A DNA stretch of 45,062 nt from sequence record SRR22947727_843, one strand, 5' to 3'. The position numbers and the translations under genes were made by a program. This document shows positions 17,168 to 26,308 of the stretch, in pieces. How positions within the stretch are numbered: position 1 is the stretch's first letter; each line of letters starts with the position of its first letter. The notes under the pieces are model-generated. The model saw only the letters and a list, made by a program, of their open reading frames with translations, made no database searches and was not told the origin of the DNA.

Positions 17168-19813
17168 GTGAGCAAGCCCGACCAGTCCGTAACGCCCATG
17201 ATGGCACAGTTTCTTGCGATCAAGGAGGAATACCCCTCCGCCCTATTGTTCTACCGCATGGGAGATTTTTACGAGCTGTTTTTCGACGATGCCGTCGCGG
17301 CAGCGCAGGCGCTGGATATTACCCTGACGAAACGCGGCAAACATCAGGGCGCGGATATTCCCATGTGCGGTGTGCCGGTGCACGCGGCAGAGGGTTACTT
17401 GCTCAATCTCATTCGCAAAGGGTTTCGCGTTGCGGTCTGCGAACAGCTGGAAAATCCAAAAGAGGCAAAGAAACGCGGGGCTAAATCCGTTGTGAAACGG
17501 GGCGTGGTTCGGTTGGTCACCCCAGGGACCTTGACCGAAGACACGCTACTGCAGCCGCGACAAAGTAATTTTCTGGCCACGTTTGTTCAGGTGCGCAACC
17601 AAAGCTGTCTTGCTTGGGTGGATATTTCGACCGGAGATATGCGCTATAGTCCCTGCCCGCCCGTGCGATTGGGGCCAGAGCTGGCCCGGCTTGCCCCAGC
17701 TGAGGTGCTTGTGGCTGAGGGGGCGCTGGATGAAACTCTGGAAATCATAAATGAGGCCGGTGCGGCCGCGACCGAATTGCCACAGGAGGTTTTTGACAGC
17801 ACCGCCGGCGTGGAGAAAATTTGCAAAGCCTATGGTGTTGGAGACCTGAGCGGTCTTGGAGAGTTCAGCCGTGCCGATGTCGCCGCCGTTTCTGGGCTTA
17901 TTGAATATCTCTCCACCACCCAAAAAGGCCAACTCCCACTTCTACGCCGACCCGTTTGTGAAGCGCGGGATGATTTTGTTGCAATTGATGCCGCAACCCG
18001 AAAAAATCTTGAACTGACCCAAACGCTGGCACGGGAAAGATCTGGCTCTTTGCTGTCGGTTGTGGATCGCTCTGTGACCGCTGCCGGAGCGCGGCTTTTG
18101 TCTCGCCGCATTACGACACCCTCTCAACGCCTGGCAACCATCGAAGAGCGCGCATCGGCGGTGGAGTTTTTCTGTGGCCAAAGCGGTTTGCGCGGCGCGG
18201 TGCGCACCGCTTTGAAGCAATTGCCCGATGTTGAACGCGCCTTGGGGCGTGTGGCGCTTGAGCGCAGTGGTCCAAGAGATTTGCTGGCGCTTGGGAATGG
18301 CATCGCCCAAGCCGCGCAAGTGCATGCCCTTTTGGCAGAGCAAGAGTTACCGCCACTCCTGAAGAATGCGGCAGATGATCTGAAAGGGTTTGAGACCCTG
18401 TCCGATGAATTGGATCGCGCCCTGGTCGCCGAACCGCCCCTTCTGGCGCGAGATGGTGGGTTTGTCGCCACTGGCTATTCGGCAGAGCTGGATGAGATGA
18501 CGGCCCTGCGCGACGAAGCGCGGTCTGTGATTGCTAGGATGCAAGCCGATTATGCCGGCCAGTCTGAGATTTCCTCCCTGAAAATTAAGCACAATAATGT
18601 GCTGGGATATTTCATTGAAACCACCGCCACCCATTCCCAGCGGATGATGACGGCACCTTTGAGTGATGTTTTCATTCACCGACAAACCACCGCCAATGCG
18701 GTCCGCTTTACGACGGTCGAACTGGGTGAGCTGGAAACCAAAATCCTAAATGCTGCCGGCCGCGCCACAGGGTTAGAGCTTGAAGTTTTTGCCGGTCTCT
18801 GCGCTCAGGTGTTAGATCATGCCGCCGCACTACAGGCTTTGGCGGTCTCGATTGCAGAGATTGACGTCGCTGCCGCTCTTTCCGAGTTGGCCATGGCAGA
18901 GGGTTGGGTCCGCCCGGTGCTGAATGACAGCCGCGACTTTATAATTGAGCAAGGCCGCCATCCAGTGGTCGAAGCGGCAATCAAAGCGCAGGCGGAAACT
19001 GTTTTTGTCGCCAATGATTGCCAATTGACCAGCACAAACGACATGATTTGGCTGCTCACCGGGCCAAATATGGCCGGTAAATCAACGTTTTTACGTCAGA
19101 ATGCTTTGATTGCCCTTTTGGCACAGGCCGGATCTTTTGTGCCGGCGGCTCGGGCTGAAATTGGCATTGTTTCACAGATTTTTAGCCGGGTTGGTGCGGC
19201 CGATGATTTGGCCCGCGGGCGATCGACTTTTATGGTGGAGATGGTTGAGACCGCCGCAATTTTGAACCAAGCAGATGATCGTGCTTTGGTTATTCTGGAT
19301 GAAATTGGCCGCGGAACCTCGACCTATGACGGGCTATCCATCGCTTGGGCCACTCTGGAGCATTTGCATGATGTCAACCGATGCCGCGCATTATTTGCCA
19401 CTCATTACCATGAGCTCACCCAGCTCACCGCAAAACTGACCCATGTGGACAATGCCACCGTCACTGTGCGGGAGTATCAGGGAGATGTGGTGTTCTTACA
19501 TGAGGTGAAGAAAGGCGCAGCAGATCGGTCCTATGGGGTGCAAGTGGCCAAACTGGCCGGCCTGCCGCAATCGGTTTTGGAGCGGGCAAAGGTGGTTCTT
19601 GAGGCTTTGGAGCGGGGCGAGCGCGAGGGGCATAGCAAGCAAAAAGCCCTCATCGACGATTTGCCGCTGTTTTCCGCGGTGGCGATGTCGGCACCTGCGC
19701 CCTCAGCCCAGTCGGAGCTTGAAGAGGTCTTGAATGGGGTCCAGCCAGATAGTTTGAGCCCCAAAGAGGCGCTGGATCTCATTTATGAGCTGAAGTCGAA
19801 ACTCAAGACATAA
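17168..19813 (+). CDS. mutS: DNA mismatch repair protein MutS
   Basis: TPMMAQF, GDFYELF, MCGVP, TPGT, TGPNMAGKST, RGRSTFMVEM, DEIGRGT and FATHYHEL motifs. GTG start after GGAGA. Confidence 0.97.
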   Translation: MSKPDQSVTPMMAQFLAIKEEYPSALLFYRMGDFYELFFDDAVAAAQALDITLTKRGKHQGADIPMCGVPVHAAEGYLLNLIRKGFRVAVCEQLENPKEAKKRGAKSVVKRGVVRLVTPGTLTEDTLLQPRQSNFLATFVQVRNQSCLAWVDISTGDMRYSPCPPVRLGPELARLAPAEVLVAEGALDETLEIINEAGAAATELPQEVFDSTAGVEKICKAYGVGDLSGLGEFSRADVAAVSGLIEYLSTTQKGQLPLLRRPVCEARDDFVAIDAATRKNLELTQTLARERSGSLLSVVDRSVTAAGARLLSRRITTPSQRLATIEERASAVEFFCGQSGLRGAVRTALKQLPDVERALGRVALERSGPRDLLALGNGIAQAAQVHALLAEQELPPLLKNAADDLKGFETLSDELDRALVAEPPLLARDGGFVATGYSAELDEMTALRDEARSVIARMQADYAGQSEISSLKIKHNNVLGYFIETTATHSQRMMTAPLSDVFIHRQTTANAVRFTTVELGELETKILNAAGRATGLELEVFAGLCAQVLDHAAALQALAVSIAEIDVAAALSELAMAEGWVRPVLNDSRDFIIEQGRHPVVEAAIKAQAETVFVANDCQLTSTNDMIWLLTGPNMAGKSTFLRQNALIALLAQAGSFVPAARAEIGIVSQIFSRVGAADDLARGRSTFMVEMVETAAILNQADDRALVILDEIGRGTSTYDGLSIAWATLEHLHDVNRCRALFATHYHELTQLTAKLTHVDNATVTVREYQGDVVFLHEVKKGAADRSYGVQVAKLAGLPQSVLERAKVVLEALERGEREGHSKQKALIDDLPLFSAVAMSAPAPSAQSELEEVLNGVQPDSLSPKEALDLIYELKSKLKT

Positions 19814-19836
19814 AAGGCGGCCCTTGAGCCGCCCTT
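19812..19836 (-). terminator. Intrinsic terminator between convergent mutS and grpE
   Basis: Minus strand reads AGGGCGGC-TCAAGG-GCCGCCTT followed by TTAT. Confidence 0.65.
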
Positions 19837-19859
19837 GTCGCAGATATCGCTTTTTAGCC

Positions 19860-20414
19860 TCAGCCTGGAGTTGAAGAAACGCCCACTTGCGCAGGGCGCA
19901 AAAGGCGATCATGCAACATGAATCCTTCGGTCATCACCTGAATGATGTCCCCTGCTTTTGTGCCAGGAACAGGCGCTTCAAACATGGCTTCATGGTTTTG
20001 TGGGTCAAAACGTTCGCCAATTTCTGGCGAAATGGGTTCGATGCCATGTTTTTTGAAAACATTGACCACTTCGCGCATGGTGAGCTCAACGCCCTCGATC
20101 AAAGCAGCTGAGACTTCGCGCTGGTCATCCGTCGCGGCCTCCAGGCCACGCTTGAGGTTGTCATAGACCGGCAGTAGATCACGGGCGAGCTTCGAGCCGC
20201 CATAATTTTCAGCCTCTCTACGATCACGATCACCGCGTTTCCGAGCGTTTTCCGCATCCGCGAGGGCGCGCATCCACTTGTCTTTGAGATCATCGCGTTC
20301 GGCGCGCAGAGCATCAAGCTCTAGCTCTTCTTCGGTGTATTCTTCCTCACCATATTCTTCTTCTTCGGCAAGACTGACGTCCTGGAGAAACTCGTCTTCA
20401 TGTTCTTTTGCCAT
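19860..20414 (-). CDS. grpE: Nucleotide exchange factor GrpE
   Basis: RALADAENARKR, LLPVYDNL, FDPQNHEAM and G..LHDRLLRPAQVGV motifs. Confidence 0.95.
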   Translation of the reverse strand: MAKEHEDEFLQDVSLAEEEEYGEEEYTEEELELDALRAERDDLKDKWMRALADAENARKRGDRDRREAENYGGSKLARDLLPVYDNLKRGLEAATDDQREVSAALIEGVELTMREVVNVFKKHGIEPISPEIGERFDPQNHEAMFEAPVPGTKAGDIIQVMTEGFMLHDRLLRPAQVGVSSTPG

Positions 20415-20420
20415 CTGGAC

Positions 20421-21482
20421 CTAACCTCGATCAGATAAAACCCGCCCGACCATTTGAGCGGTATAATTCACGATTGGCACGATCCTACCATAATTCAGAC
20501 GCGTGGGTCCGATTACGCCAATAGCGCCAACCACCTTTTGGTCAGCGTTCATATAGGGAGAAACCACCAAAGAGGAACCCGAAAGTGAAAATAGTTTGTT
20601 CTCAGAGCCAATAAAAATGCGAACACCCTCACCTTCATCGGTTAATTGCAAGAATTCCGCTATATCTCGCTTGCGTTCAAGGTCATCAAAGAGCACTCGA
20701 ACCCGCTCTAAGTCCTCAGCTGTTCCAGCATTCTCAAGGAGATTCGATCTGCCGCGGACAATTAATCGCTCATTGTCACCGCCAGCATCCTGCATGACGG
20801 CCACGCCAGCCTCAACCAAGCCGGTTGTCAAAACATCCAATTCCGAGCGGTGTCTTTTGATCTCTGTGACAATGGTGGATTTTAACTCTTGCAATGTCCG
20901 GCCCTGACCGATGACATTTAGAAAGTTTACGGCCTCTCGCATTTGACTCGGGGTTTGACCCAAAGGCGGTCGAAATACCCGGTTTTCAACCTCGCCATTG
21001 GCAAAAACCAAAACCACAAGCGCCCGGTCGGTCGCCAAGGAAACAAATTCAATATGTTTTATGGGCGATGACTTTTTGGGCGCCAGAACCAAAGATGCTC
21101 CGCGGGTAAGTCCGGAAAGGGTGCTGGACATACGGTCAAGCATGCCTGTGATGCTGTCGTTTTCATCCATTGTTGCGGAAATTTTACGCTGGGCGGCCTC
21201 ATCGGGCTCCCCAACCTCCAAAATACCATCGACAAACATTCGCAGACCAAGCTCCGTGGGCTGTCGGCCGGCAGAGGTGTGCGGGCTGTCAAGCAGGCCA
21301 AGAAGCTCTAAGTCTTTCATGACATTGCGAATGGTGGCGGCGCTCACGGGTTGTGTCATGTGTTGGGTTAACGTGTTGCTGCCCATCGGTTCCCCGGAAG
21401 ACAGGTAGCTTTCCACAACCCGTTGAAACACTTCACGGCTCCGGGCATCCATTTCTGAAAATAACTCTGTAGACGAATCCAT
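20421..21482 (-). CDS. hrcA: Heat-inducible transcription repressor HrcA
   Basis: SAATIRNVM, PHTSAGRQPT..GLR.FVD, V.IFIGSEN and GVIGPTRLNY motifs. Confidence 0.95.
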   Translation of the reverse strand: MDSSTELFSEMDARSREVFQRVVESYLSSGEPMGSNTLTQHMTQPVSAATIRNVMKDLELLGLLDSPHTSAGRQPTELGLRMFVDGILEVGEPDEAAQRKISATMDENDSITGMLDRMSSTLSGLTRGASLVLAPKKSSPIKHIEFVSLATDRALVVLVFANGEVENRVFRPPLGQTPSQMREAVNFLNVIGQGRTLQELKSTIVTEIKRHRSELDVLTTGLVEAGVAVMQDAGGDNERLIVRGRSNLLENAGTAEDLERVRVLFDDLERKRDIAEFLQLTDEGEGVRIFIGSENKLFSLSGSSLVVSPYMNADQKVVGAIGVIGPTRLNYGRIVPIVNYTAQMVGRVLSDRG

Positions 21483-21492
21483 TCACCTAAGC

Positions 21493-21520
21493 CTTGCTAT
21501 TTGGGGTCCGCTTCGCATAT
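21493..21520 (+). promoter_or_regulatory. Candidate promoter for rph-rdgB-hemW
   Basis: CTTG-N17-CGCATAT (RpoH/RpoD-like) upstream of SD GAGG and ATG 21549. Confidence 0.45.
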
Positions 21521-21548
21521 TCGCGCATGAACACAGAGAGGACAAGCG

Positions 21549-22259
21549 ATGCGACCATCCAATCGAGAATTAAATCAAATGCGTGACATTGTGATTGAAA
21601 CAGATGTCACCCGTCATGCCGAGGGATCTTGTTTGATCAAGATTGGCGATACGCATGTGCTTTGCACAGCCAGTTTGGAAGAGCGCGTGCCTCCTTTTCT
21701 GCGGAACTCAGGATTGGGTTGGGTAACAGCAGAATATGGGATGCTGCCCCGCGCCACCCATACGCGCATGCGCCGGGAGGCCAAAAACGGTCAATCGGGG
21801 CGCACTCAAGAGATTCAACGTCTCATCGGGCGGAGTTTGCGCGCCGGTGTGGATCGGGTGGCTCTGGGTGAGCGGCAAATCAGTATCGATTGCGATGTGA
21901 TCCAAGCAGATGGCGGGACGCGTTGCGCCGCAATCACAGGCGGTTGGGTGGCGCTTAAGCTCGCTGTGCAAAAGCTCATGAAAGCTGGAGATATTATCAG
22001 CGATCCGCTTGTGGATCCCGTGGCTGCGGTGAGCTGTGGAATCTATGCGGGCCAAGCGGTTTTGGATCTGGACTACCCGGAGGACAGTGAGGCTGGGGTT
22101 GATGGCAATTTCGTGATGTTGGGATCGGGCAAATTGGTTGAAGTCCAGATGTCGGCAGAGGGCTCAACATTCTCTCGTGATCAAATGGGACAGCTGATTG
22201 ATCTGGCCGAGGCAGGCGTGTCGCAACTGGTGGCTGCGCAATTGGCGGCCGTTGGCTGA
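21549..22259 (+). CDS. rph: Ribonuclease PH
   Basis: [43 protein letters not shown] and DLDYPEDS motifs. Confidence 0.97.
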   Translation: MRPSNRELNQMRDIVIETDVTRHAEGSCLIKIGDTHVLCTASLEERVPPFLRNSGLGWVTAEYGMLPRATHTRMRREAKNGQSGRTQEIQRLIGRSLRAGVDRVALGERQISIDCDVIQADGGTRCAAITGGWVALKLAVQKLMKAGDIISDPLVDPVAAVSCGIYAGQAVLDLDYPEDSEAGVDGNFVMLGSGKLVEVQMSAEGSTFSRDQMGQLIDLAEAGVSQLVAAQLAAVG

Positions 22260-22867
22260 TGCGCGTGCTCACCGCACCTAAGATCGTTCTTGCCAGTCAC
22301 AATAAGGGCAAGTTGCGCGAAATTCAGGCTCTTTTGGCTCCGTTTGGCATCGCATGTGTGAGTGCCGGGGAGCTGGGCCTGGAAGAACCGGTGGAAACTG
22401 AGACAAGTTTTGCTGGGAATGCGCGCCTGAAAGCACATTTTGCAGCGCAGGCGGCCGGTCTGCCCGCTCTGTCTGACGATAGTGGAATTTGTGTCGATGG
22501 GTTGGATGGCGCACCCGGGGTGTATACGGCCGATTGGGCGGAAACCCCCAGTGGTCGCGATTTCACAATGGCGATGACGCGGGTTTGGGATGAGCTGGAA
22601 GCAGCAAATGCACCCTTTCCGCGCCATGCGCAGTTTAATTGTACATTATGTTTAGCATGGCCAGATGGTCACGATGAGATTTTCACCGGCATTGCGCCCG
22701 GTCAAGTGGTTTGGCCAATGCGCGGTATGCATGGATTTGGCTTTGATCCTATGTTTCAACCCGATGGGTTTGATCAAACATTTGCTGAAATGCTCCCCGA
22801 GGAGAAGCACCCCCTAAGCCATCGGGCCGGTGCCTTTAACAAGTTGGTGTCTGGCTGTCTAACGTGA
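22259..22867 (+). CDS. rdgB: dITP/XTP pyrophosphatase (HAM1 family)
   Basis: ASHNKGK, DDSG, GAPGVY, GFGFDP and SHR motifs. TGATG overlap with rph. Confidence 0.95.
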   Translation: MRVLTAPKIVLASHNKGKLREIQALLAPFGIACVSAGELGLEEPVETETSFAGNARLKAHFAAQAAGLPALSDDSGICVDGLDGAPGVYTADWAETPSGRDFTMAMTRVWDELEAANAPFPRHAQFNCTLCLAWPDGHDEIFTGIAPGQVVWPMRGMHGFGFDPMFQPDGFDQTFAEMLPEEKHPLSHRAGAFNKLVSGCLT

Positions 22868-24015
22868 TGGAAGATTGGCGCCACGGCGGGTTTGGCCTTT
22901 ATATCCATTGGCCATTTTGTGAAGCGAAGTGTCCTTATTGTGACTTCAATTCCTATGTCAGCGCCACGGTCGACACTGACCTGTGGGAACAAGCCCTATT
23001 AAGCGAATTGGATCGCCACGCGGCCCTCACCCAAGACCGCGTATTAAATTCAATTTTTTTCGGGGGCGGTACCCCTAGTTTAATGCCACCTAATATGGTG
23101 GGGCGTTTAATTGATCGCGCGCGGGGGCATTGGCCCTTCGCGAATGATATTGAAATCACGCTTGAGGCCAATCCATCCTCTGTTGAATCATCACGCTTCG
23201 CGGATTTCCGTAAGGCTGGAGTGAACCGGATTTCCATGGGAATTCAGGCGTTGAACGATCCAGACCTAAAGCGCCTTGGCCGTTTGCATTCAGTGGCGGA
23301 GGCGCGGTCCGCCCTCACGGTTGCGAAGACTTATTTTGAACGGGTCAGCTTTGATTTGATCTATGCAAGGCAGGACCAAACGCTTGAAGCTTGGCAAAGA
23401 GAGCTGACCGAAGCCATTGGAATGAGCGCGGGGCACCTGTCCTTATATCAACTCACGATCGAACCGGGGACGGCCTTTGGTTTTCGAGCAAAAGCGGGCA
23501 AATTGGCGGGATTGCCCGATGAAGATTTGAGCGCGGATATGTTCGATGCAACCAATGAGATCTGCGCTGCGGCAGGCTTACACGCCTATGAGGTATCCAA
23601 TTATTCACACAAGTTGTTGGAATCCAAACATAATATTATATATTGGCGCGGGGGTGACTATATCGGAATTGGGCCCGGAGCCCATGGGCGCCTAACCTTG
23701 TCAGGAAGGCGTCACGCCACGCAAACAGCATTGGCGCCGCAGGCATGGTTGGAGCGGGTGGCAAAACTGAACAGTGGGACCAGTCGTCAGGAGGTTTTAA
23801 CCCCACAAGATCATGCAAATGAATTAATCATGATGGGATTGCGGGTGTCAGATGGGATTTCGCGCACGCGCATTGAGGGCATCGCCGACACTCAGCTGAA
23901 AATCCCAGATCACTTGCTTGATTTGGGTCTACTGGAGCTTTCAAACGATAGGCTGCGCGCCACAAAAACCGGCCGCCCGCTGCTCAATCAGCTGGTCCAG
24001 GCTTTGATGTACTAA
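22867..24015 (+). CDS. hemW: Radical SAM heme chaperone HemW
   Basis: LYIHWPFCxxKCxYCDFN, FGGGTPS, EANP, YEVSN and HNxxYW motifs; standard rph-rdgB-hemW context. Confidence 0.92.
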   Translation: MEDWRHGGFGLYIHWPFCEAKCPYCDFNSYVSATVDTDLWEQALLSELDRHAALTQDRVLNSIFFGGGTPSLMPPNMVGRLIDRARGHWPFANDIEITLEANPSSVESSRFADFRKAGVNRISMGIQALNDPDLKRLGRLHSVAEARSALTVAKTYFERVSFDLIYARQDQTLEAWQRELTEAIGMSAGHLSLYQLTIEPGTAFGFRAKAGKLAGLPDEDLSADMFDATNEICAAAGLHAYEVSNYSHKLLESKHNIIYWRGGDYIGIGPGAHGRLTLSGRRHATQTALAPQAWLERVAKLNSGTSRQEVLTPQDHANELIMMGLRVSDGISRTRIEGIADTQLKIPDHLLDLGLLELSNDRLRATKTGRPLLNQLVQALMY

Positions 24016-24902
24016 AGCCCAGCTAAGTGACGACAAAGCTCATCAAGCTGCTCTAGGTTTTTGTAACGAACAGTGATCGAGCCGCCCTCTTGTCCGGGAT
24101 TATGTGTAATCGAAACCGCCATTTTAAGCGCTGCGGAAAGGTCGCCCTCAAGCGCACGTGTGTCTGCGTCTTTGACGGATTTTGACACGCGCTCTTTGCC
24201 GGAGGTTTTGGGCTCTTTCACCAGTTTCTCGGTCTGTCGAACAGACAACCCGCGCGCCACAACAACACGCGCCAGATCAGAGGCGTTGGGCGCCGTAATC
24301 AGGGCACGGGCGTGACCACTTGAAAGGCTACCATTGACGACAAGGGATTGAACATCTTCCGGTAGTGCCAGAAGGCGAAGTACATTTGCAATATGCGGGC
24401 GCGATTTTCCAAGCGCCTCGGCCATCTGCTCTTGCGTATGGCCAAACTTATCCATGAGCTGTCGATAACCGATTGCCTCTTCAATTGGATTTAGATCTGC
24501 GCGTTGGATATTCTCGATGATGGCGATTTCAAGCACATCCTGGTCAGAAAATTCCCGCACCACAACAGGCAATTCATGCAGCTGGGCAAGTTGAGAAGCG
24601 CGCCAGCGTCGTTCACCCGCGACAATTTCATACTCTCCAGTTTTGCCTGGATGGGCGCGCACGACCAGGGGCTGAATAATGCCCTTAGAACGAATGGACC
24701 CTGCTAAGTCATTTAGATCGTCAACGTCGAAATGCCGTCGCGGTTGATCCGGGTTGGGATGTATATTTTCGATTGGCACAAGCATATCATTGCGCCGATC
24801 AGACCCTATTGGACCCGAGTCACCAACGGCGGGTTCAATATCTGCCATAAGAGCGGATAGGCCTCGGCCGAGACCTCTTTGGCGTTTGGGTGTATTGGCC
24901 AT
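24012..24902 (-). CDS. parB: Chromosome partitioning protein ParB
   Basis: GLGRGLSAL, PNPDQPR, AGERRWRA, ENIQRADL and HTH GKSRPHIAN motifs. Start at MANT (24902). Confidence 0.96.
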   Translation of the reverse strand: MANTPKRQRGLGRGLSALMADIEPAVGDSGPIGSDRRNDMLVPIENIHPNPDQPRRHFDVDDLNDLAGSIRSKGIIQPLVVRAHPGKTGEYEIVAGERRWRASQLAQLHELPVVVREFSDQDVLEIAIIENIQRADLNPIEEAIGYRQLMDKFGHTQEQMAEALGKSRPHIANVLRLLALPEDVQSLVVNGSLSSGHARALITAPNASDLARVVVARGLSVRQTEKLVKEPKTSGKERVSKSVKDADTRALEGDLSAALKMAVSITHNPGQEGGSITVRYKNLEQLDELCRHLAGL

Positions 24903-24921
24903 GGTGTGTCCTAACTCTTTA

Positions 24922-25698
24922 TCATCTTCGTGCCAAAATCTCTTGAGCGAGGGCGCGATAGGCCTCCGCCCCTTTGGAACGGCTATCATAACTTAAAACA
25001 GGCATCGCAAAAGACGGCGCCTCGCTTATTCGTACATTGCGGGGAATGACTGTTTTAAAGACCAGTTCGCCCAGATTTTCCCGCGCGTCCTCTTCGACCT
25101 GCAGGGACAAGCGATTGCGCGCGTCATACATTGTGAGCACCACGCCCTCGATTCTGAGGTCGGGATTGCCTAGATCTCGAACCTCTCGCACGGACATCAG
25201 TAGCTGTGACAGCCCCTCCAGTGCAAAAAATTCACTTTGCAAAGGAATAATGAGCGCATGAGCCGCTATCAGCGCGTTCACAGTTAGAACATTGAGCGAT
25301 GGGGGGCAGTCCAACAATACATAATCATATTTTGAAAGGTCTGAGTTGCCGAAAACCTTACGCAGCTTTTCACTTCGGTTCTTTGCACTGGCCAGCTCAA
25401 TATCTGCAGAGCTGAGATCCGTTGTTGATGGGACAAGATCGATATTTTCCATATCTGTTTTTTGTATAAATCGGGGCTCAACGTGAGTGCCGATCAGAAC
25501 ATCATAAGTGGTAAATTCGCGCGCATCAGCGTGGGAGCCAAGCCCCGTTGACGCGTTTCCCTGAGGATCAAGATCCATAACCAGCACTTTAAAGCCGGCT
25601 TCTGCGATTGCAGCTGCCAAATTTAGGGTTGTAGTTGTCTTCCCGACCCCACCCTTTTGGTTCGCGATGGCGAAAATTTTTGGTTTAATCTGCAACAC
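24922..25698 (-). CDS. parA: Chromosome partitioning ATPase ParA
   Basis: NQKGGVGKTTT, DLDPQGNAS, DCPPSL and IPRNVRISEAPS motifs. Confidence 0.96.
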   Translation of the reverse strand: MLQIKPKIFAIANQKGGVGKTTTTLNLAAAIAEAGFKVLVMDLDPQGNASTGLGSHADAREFTTYDVLIGTHVEPRFIQKTDMENIDLVPSTTDLSSADIELASAKNRSEKLRKVFGNSDLSKYDYVLLDCPPSLNVLTVNALIAAHALIIPLQSEFFALEGLSQLLMSVREVRDLGNPDLRIEGVVLTMYDARNRLSLQVEEDARENLGELVFKTVIPRNVRISEAPSFAMPVLSYDSRSKGAEAYRALAQEILARR

Positions 25699-26308
25699 GT
25701 CGAATATTCCTGATTTTCAACACCGCGGCATTGCTGTCTGTCTGGCTCTGTACGATGTCATATTCAAATGACCATGATTTTTGCGCCGCCGCAAGTTCAT
25801 CCTGATAGGTTTGTCCCTTCATGAACAAACACACACCGTCCTTTTCCACGAGAGCTTCGGCATATTCTAGCAAACTAGGCAGAGGTGCGAGCGCCCGCGC
25901 CGAGAGGGTGGCCGCCGGAACTATCGTTAAGGATTCAATTCTTGAGCTGTGGATTTCACAGTTAAGCTCTAGAAGCGCGGCTGCTTGACGGAGGAATGTG
26001 GCTTTTCTCATATCGCTTTCGACCAAGGCGACACAAGTGGATGGGGAGATCTCTTTCAAGCAAATCGCCACAACGATACCGGGAAAACCCCCGCCGCTGC
26101 CAATATCAATCCAATAGTCTGACAGCTTTGCCAATGCGATAATTTGTGCCGAATCTTCAATGTGACGGCTCCAGATGTTCGGAATGCTCCCCTTAGCGAT
26201 CAGATTGATCACCGGATTCCACTTTTCAACCAACGCAACAAAATCGTTGAGCTGCGCCTCTGTTTCACGTGAAACATTCAGACTGGCGAGTGTTTCTTGC
26301 TGCTTCAT
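25685..26308 (-). CDS. rsmG: 16S rRNA m7G527 methyltransferase
   Basis: WN..INL, RHIEDS, DIGSGGGFPG, ESxxRK and ARALA motifs. Confidence 0.93.
   Translation of the reverse strand: MKQQETLASLNVSRETEAQLNDFVALVEKWNPVINLIAKGSIPNIWSRHIEDSAQIIALAKLSDYWIDIGSGGGFPGIVVAICLKEISPSTCVALVESDMRKATFLRQAAALLELNCEIHSSRIESLTIVPAATLSARALAPLPSLLEYAEALVEKDGVCLFMKGQTYQDELAAAQKSWSFEYDIVQSQTDSNAAVLKIRNIRRVAD
26261..26276. other. parS centromere site (inside rsmG)
   Basis: TGTTTCACGTGAAACA is a perfect match to the universal parS consensus. Confidence 0.93.

Noticed and set aside
20325-20366. GAAGAA-rich repeat at the grpE 5' end (EEEEYGEEEYTEEE)
   Set aside because: Low-complexity acidic N-terminus that is normal for GrpE; not a regulatory or mobile repeat.
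21483-21548. CIRCE element expected near hrcA
   Set aside because: No TTAGCACTC-N9-GAGTGCTAA-like sequence is visible here, or upstream of grpE, hslO or hslV.
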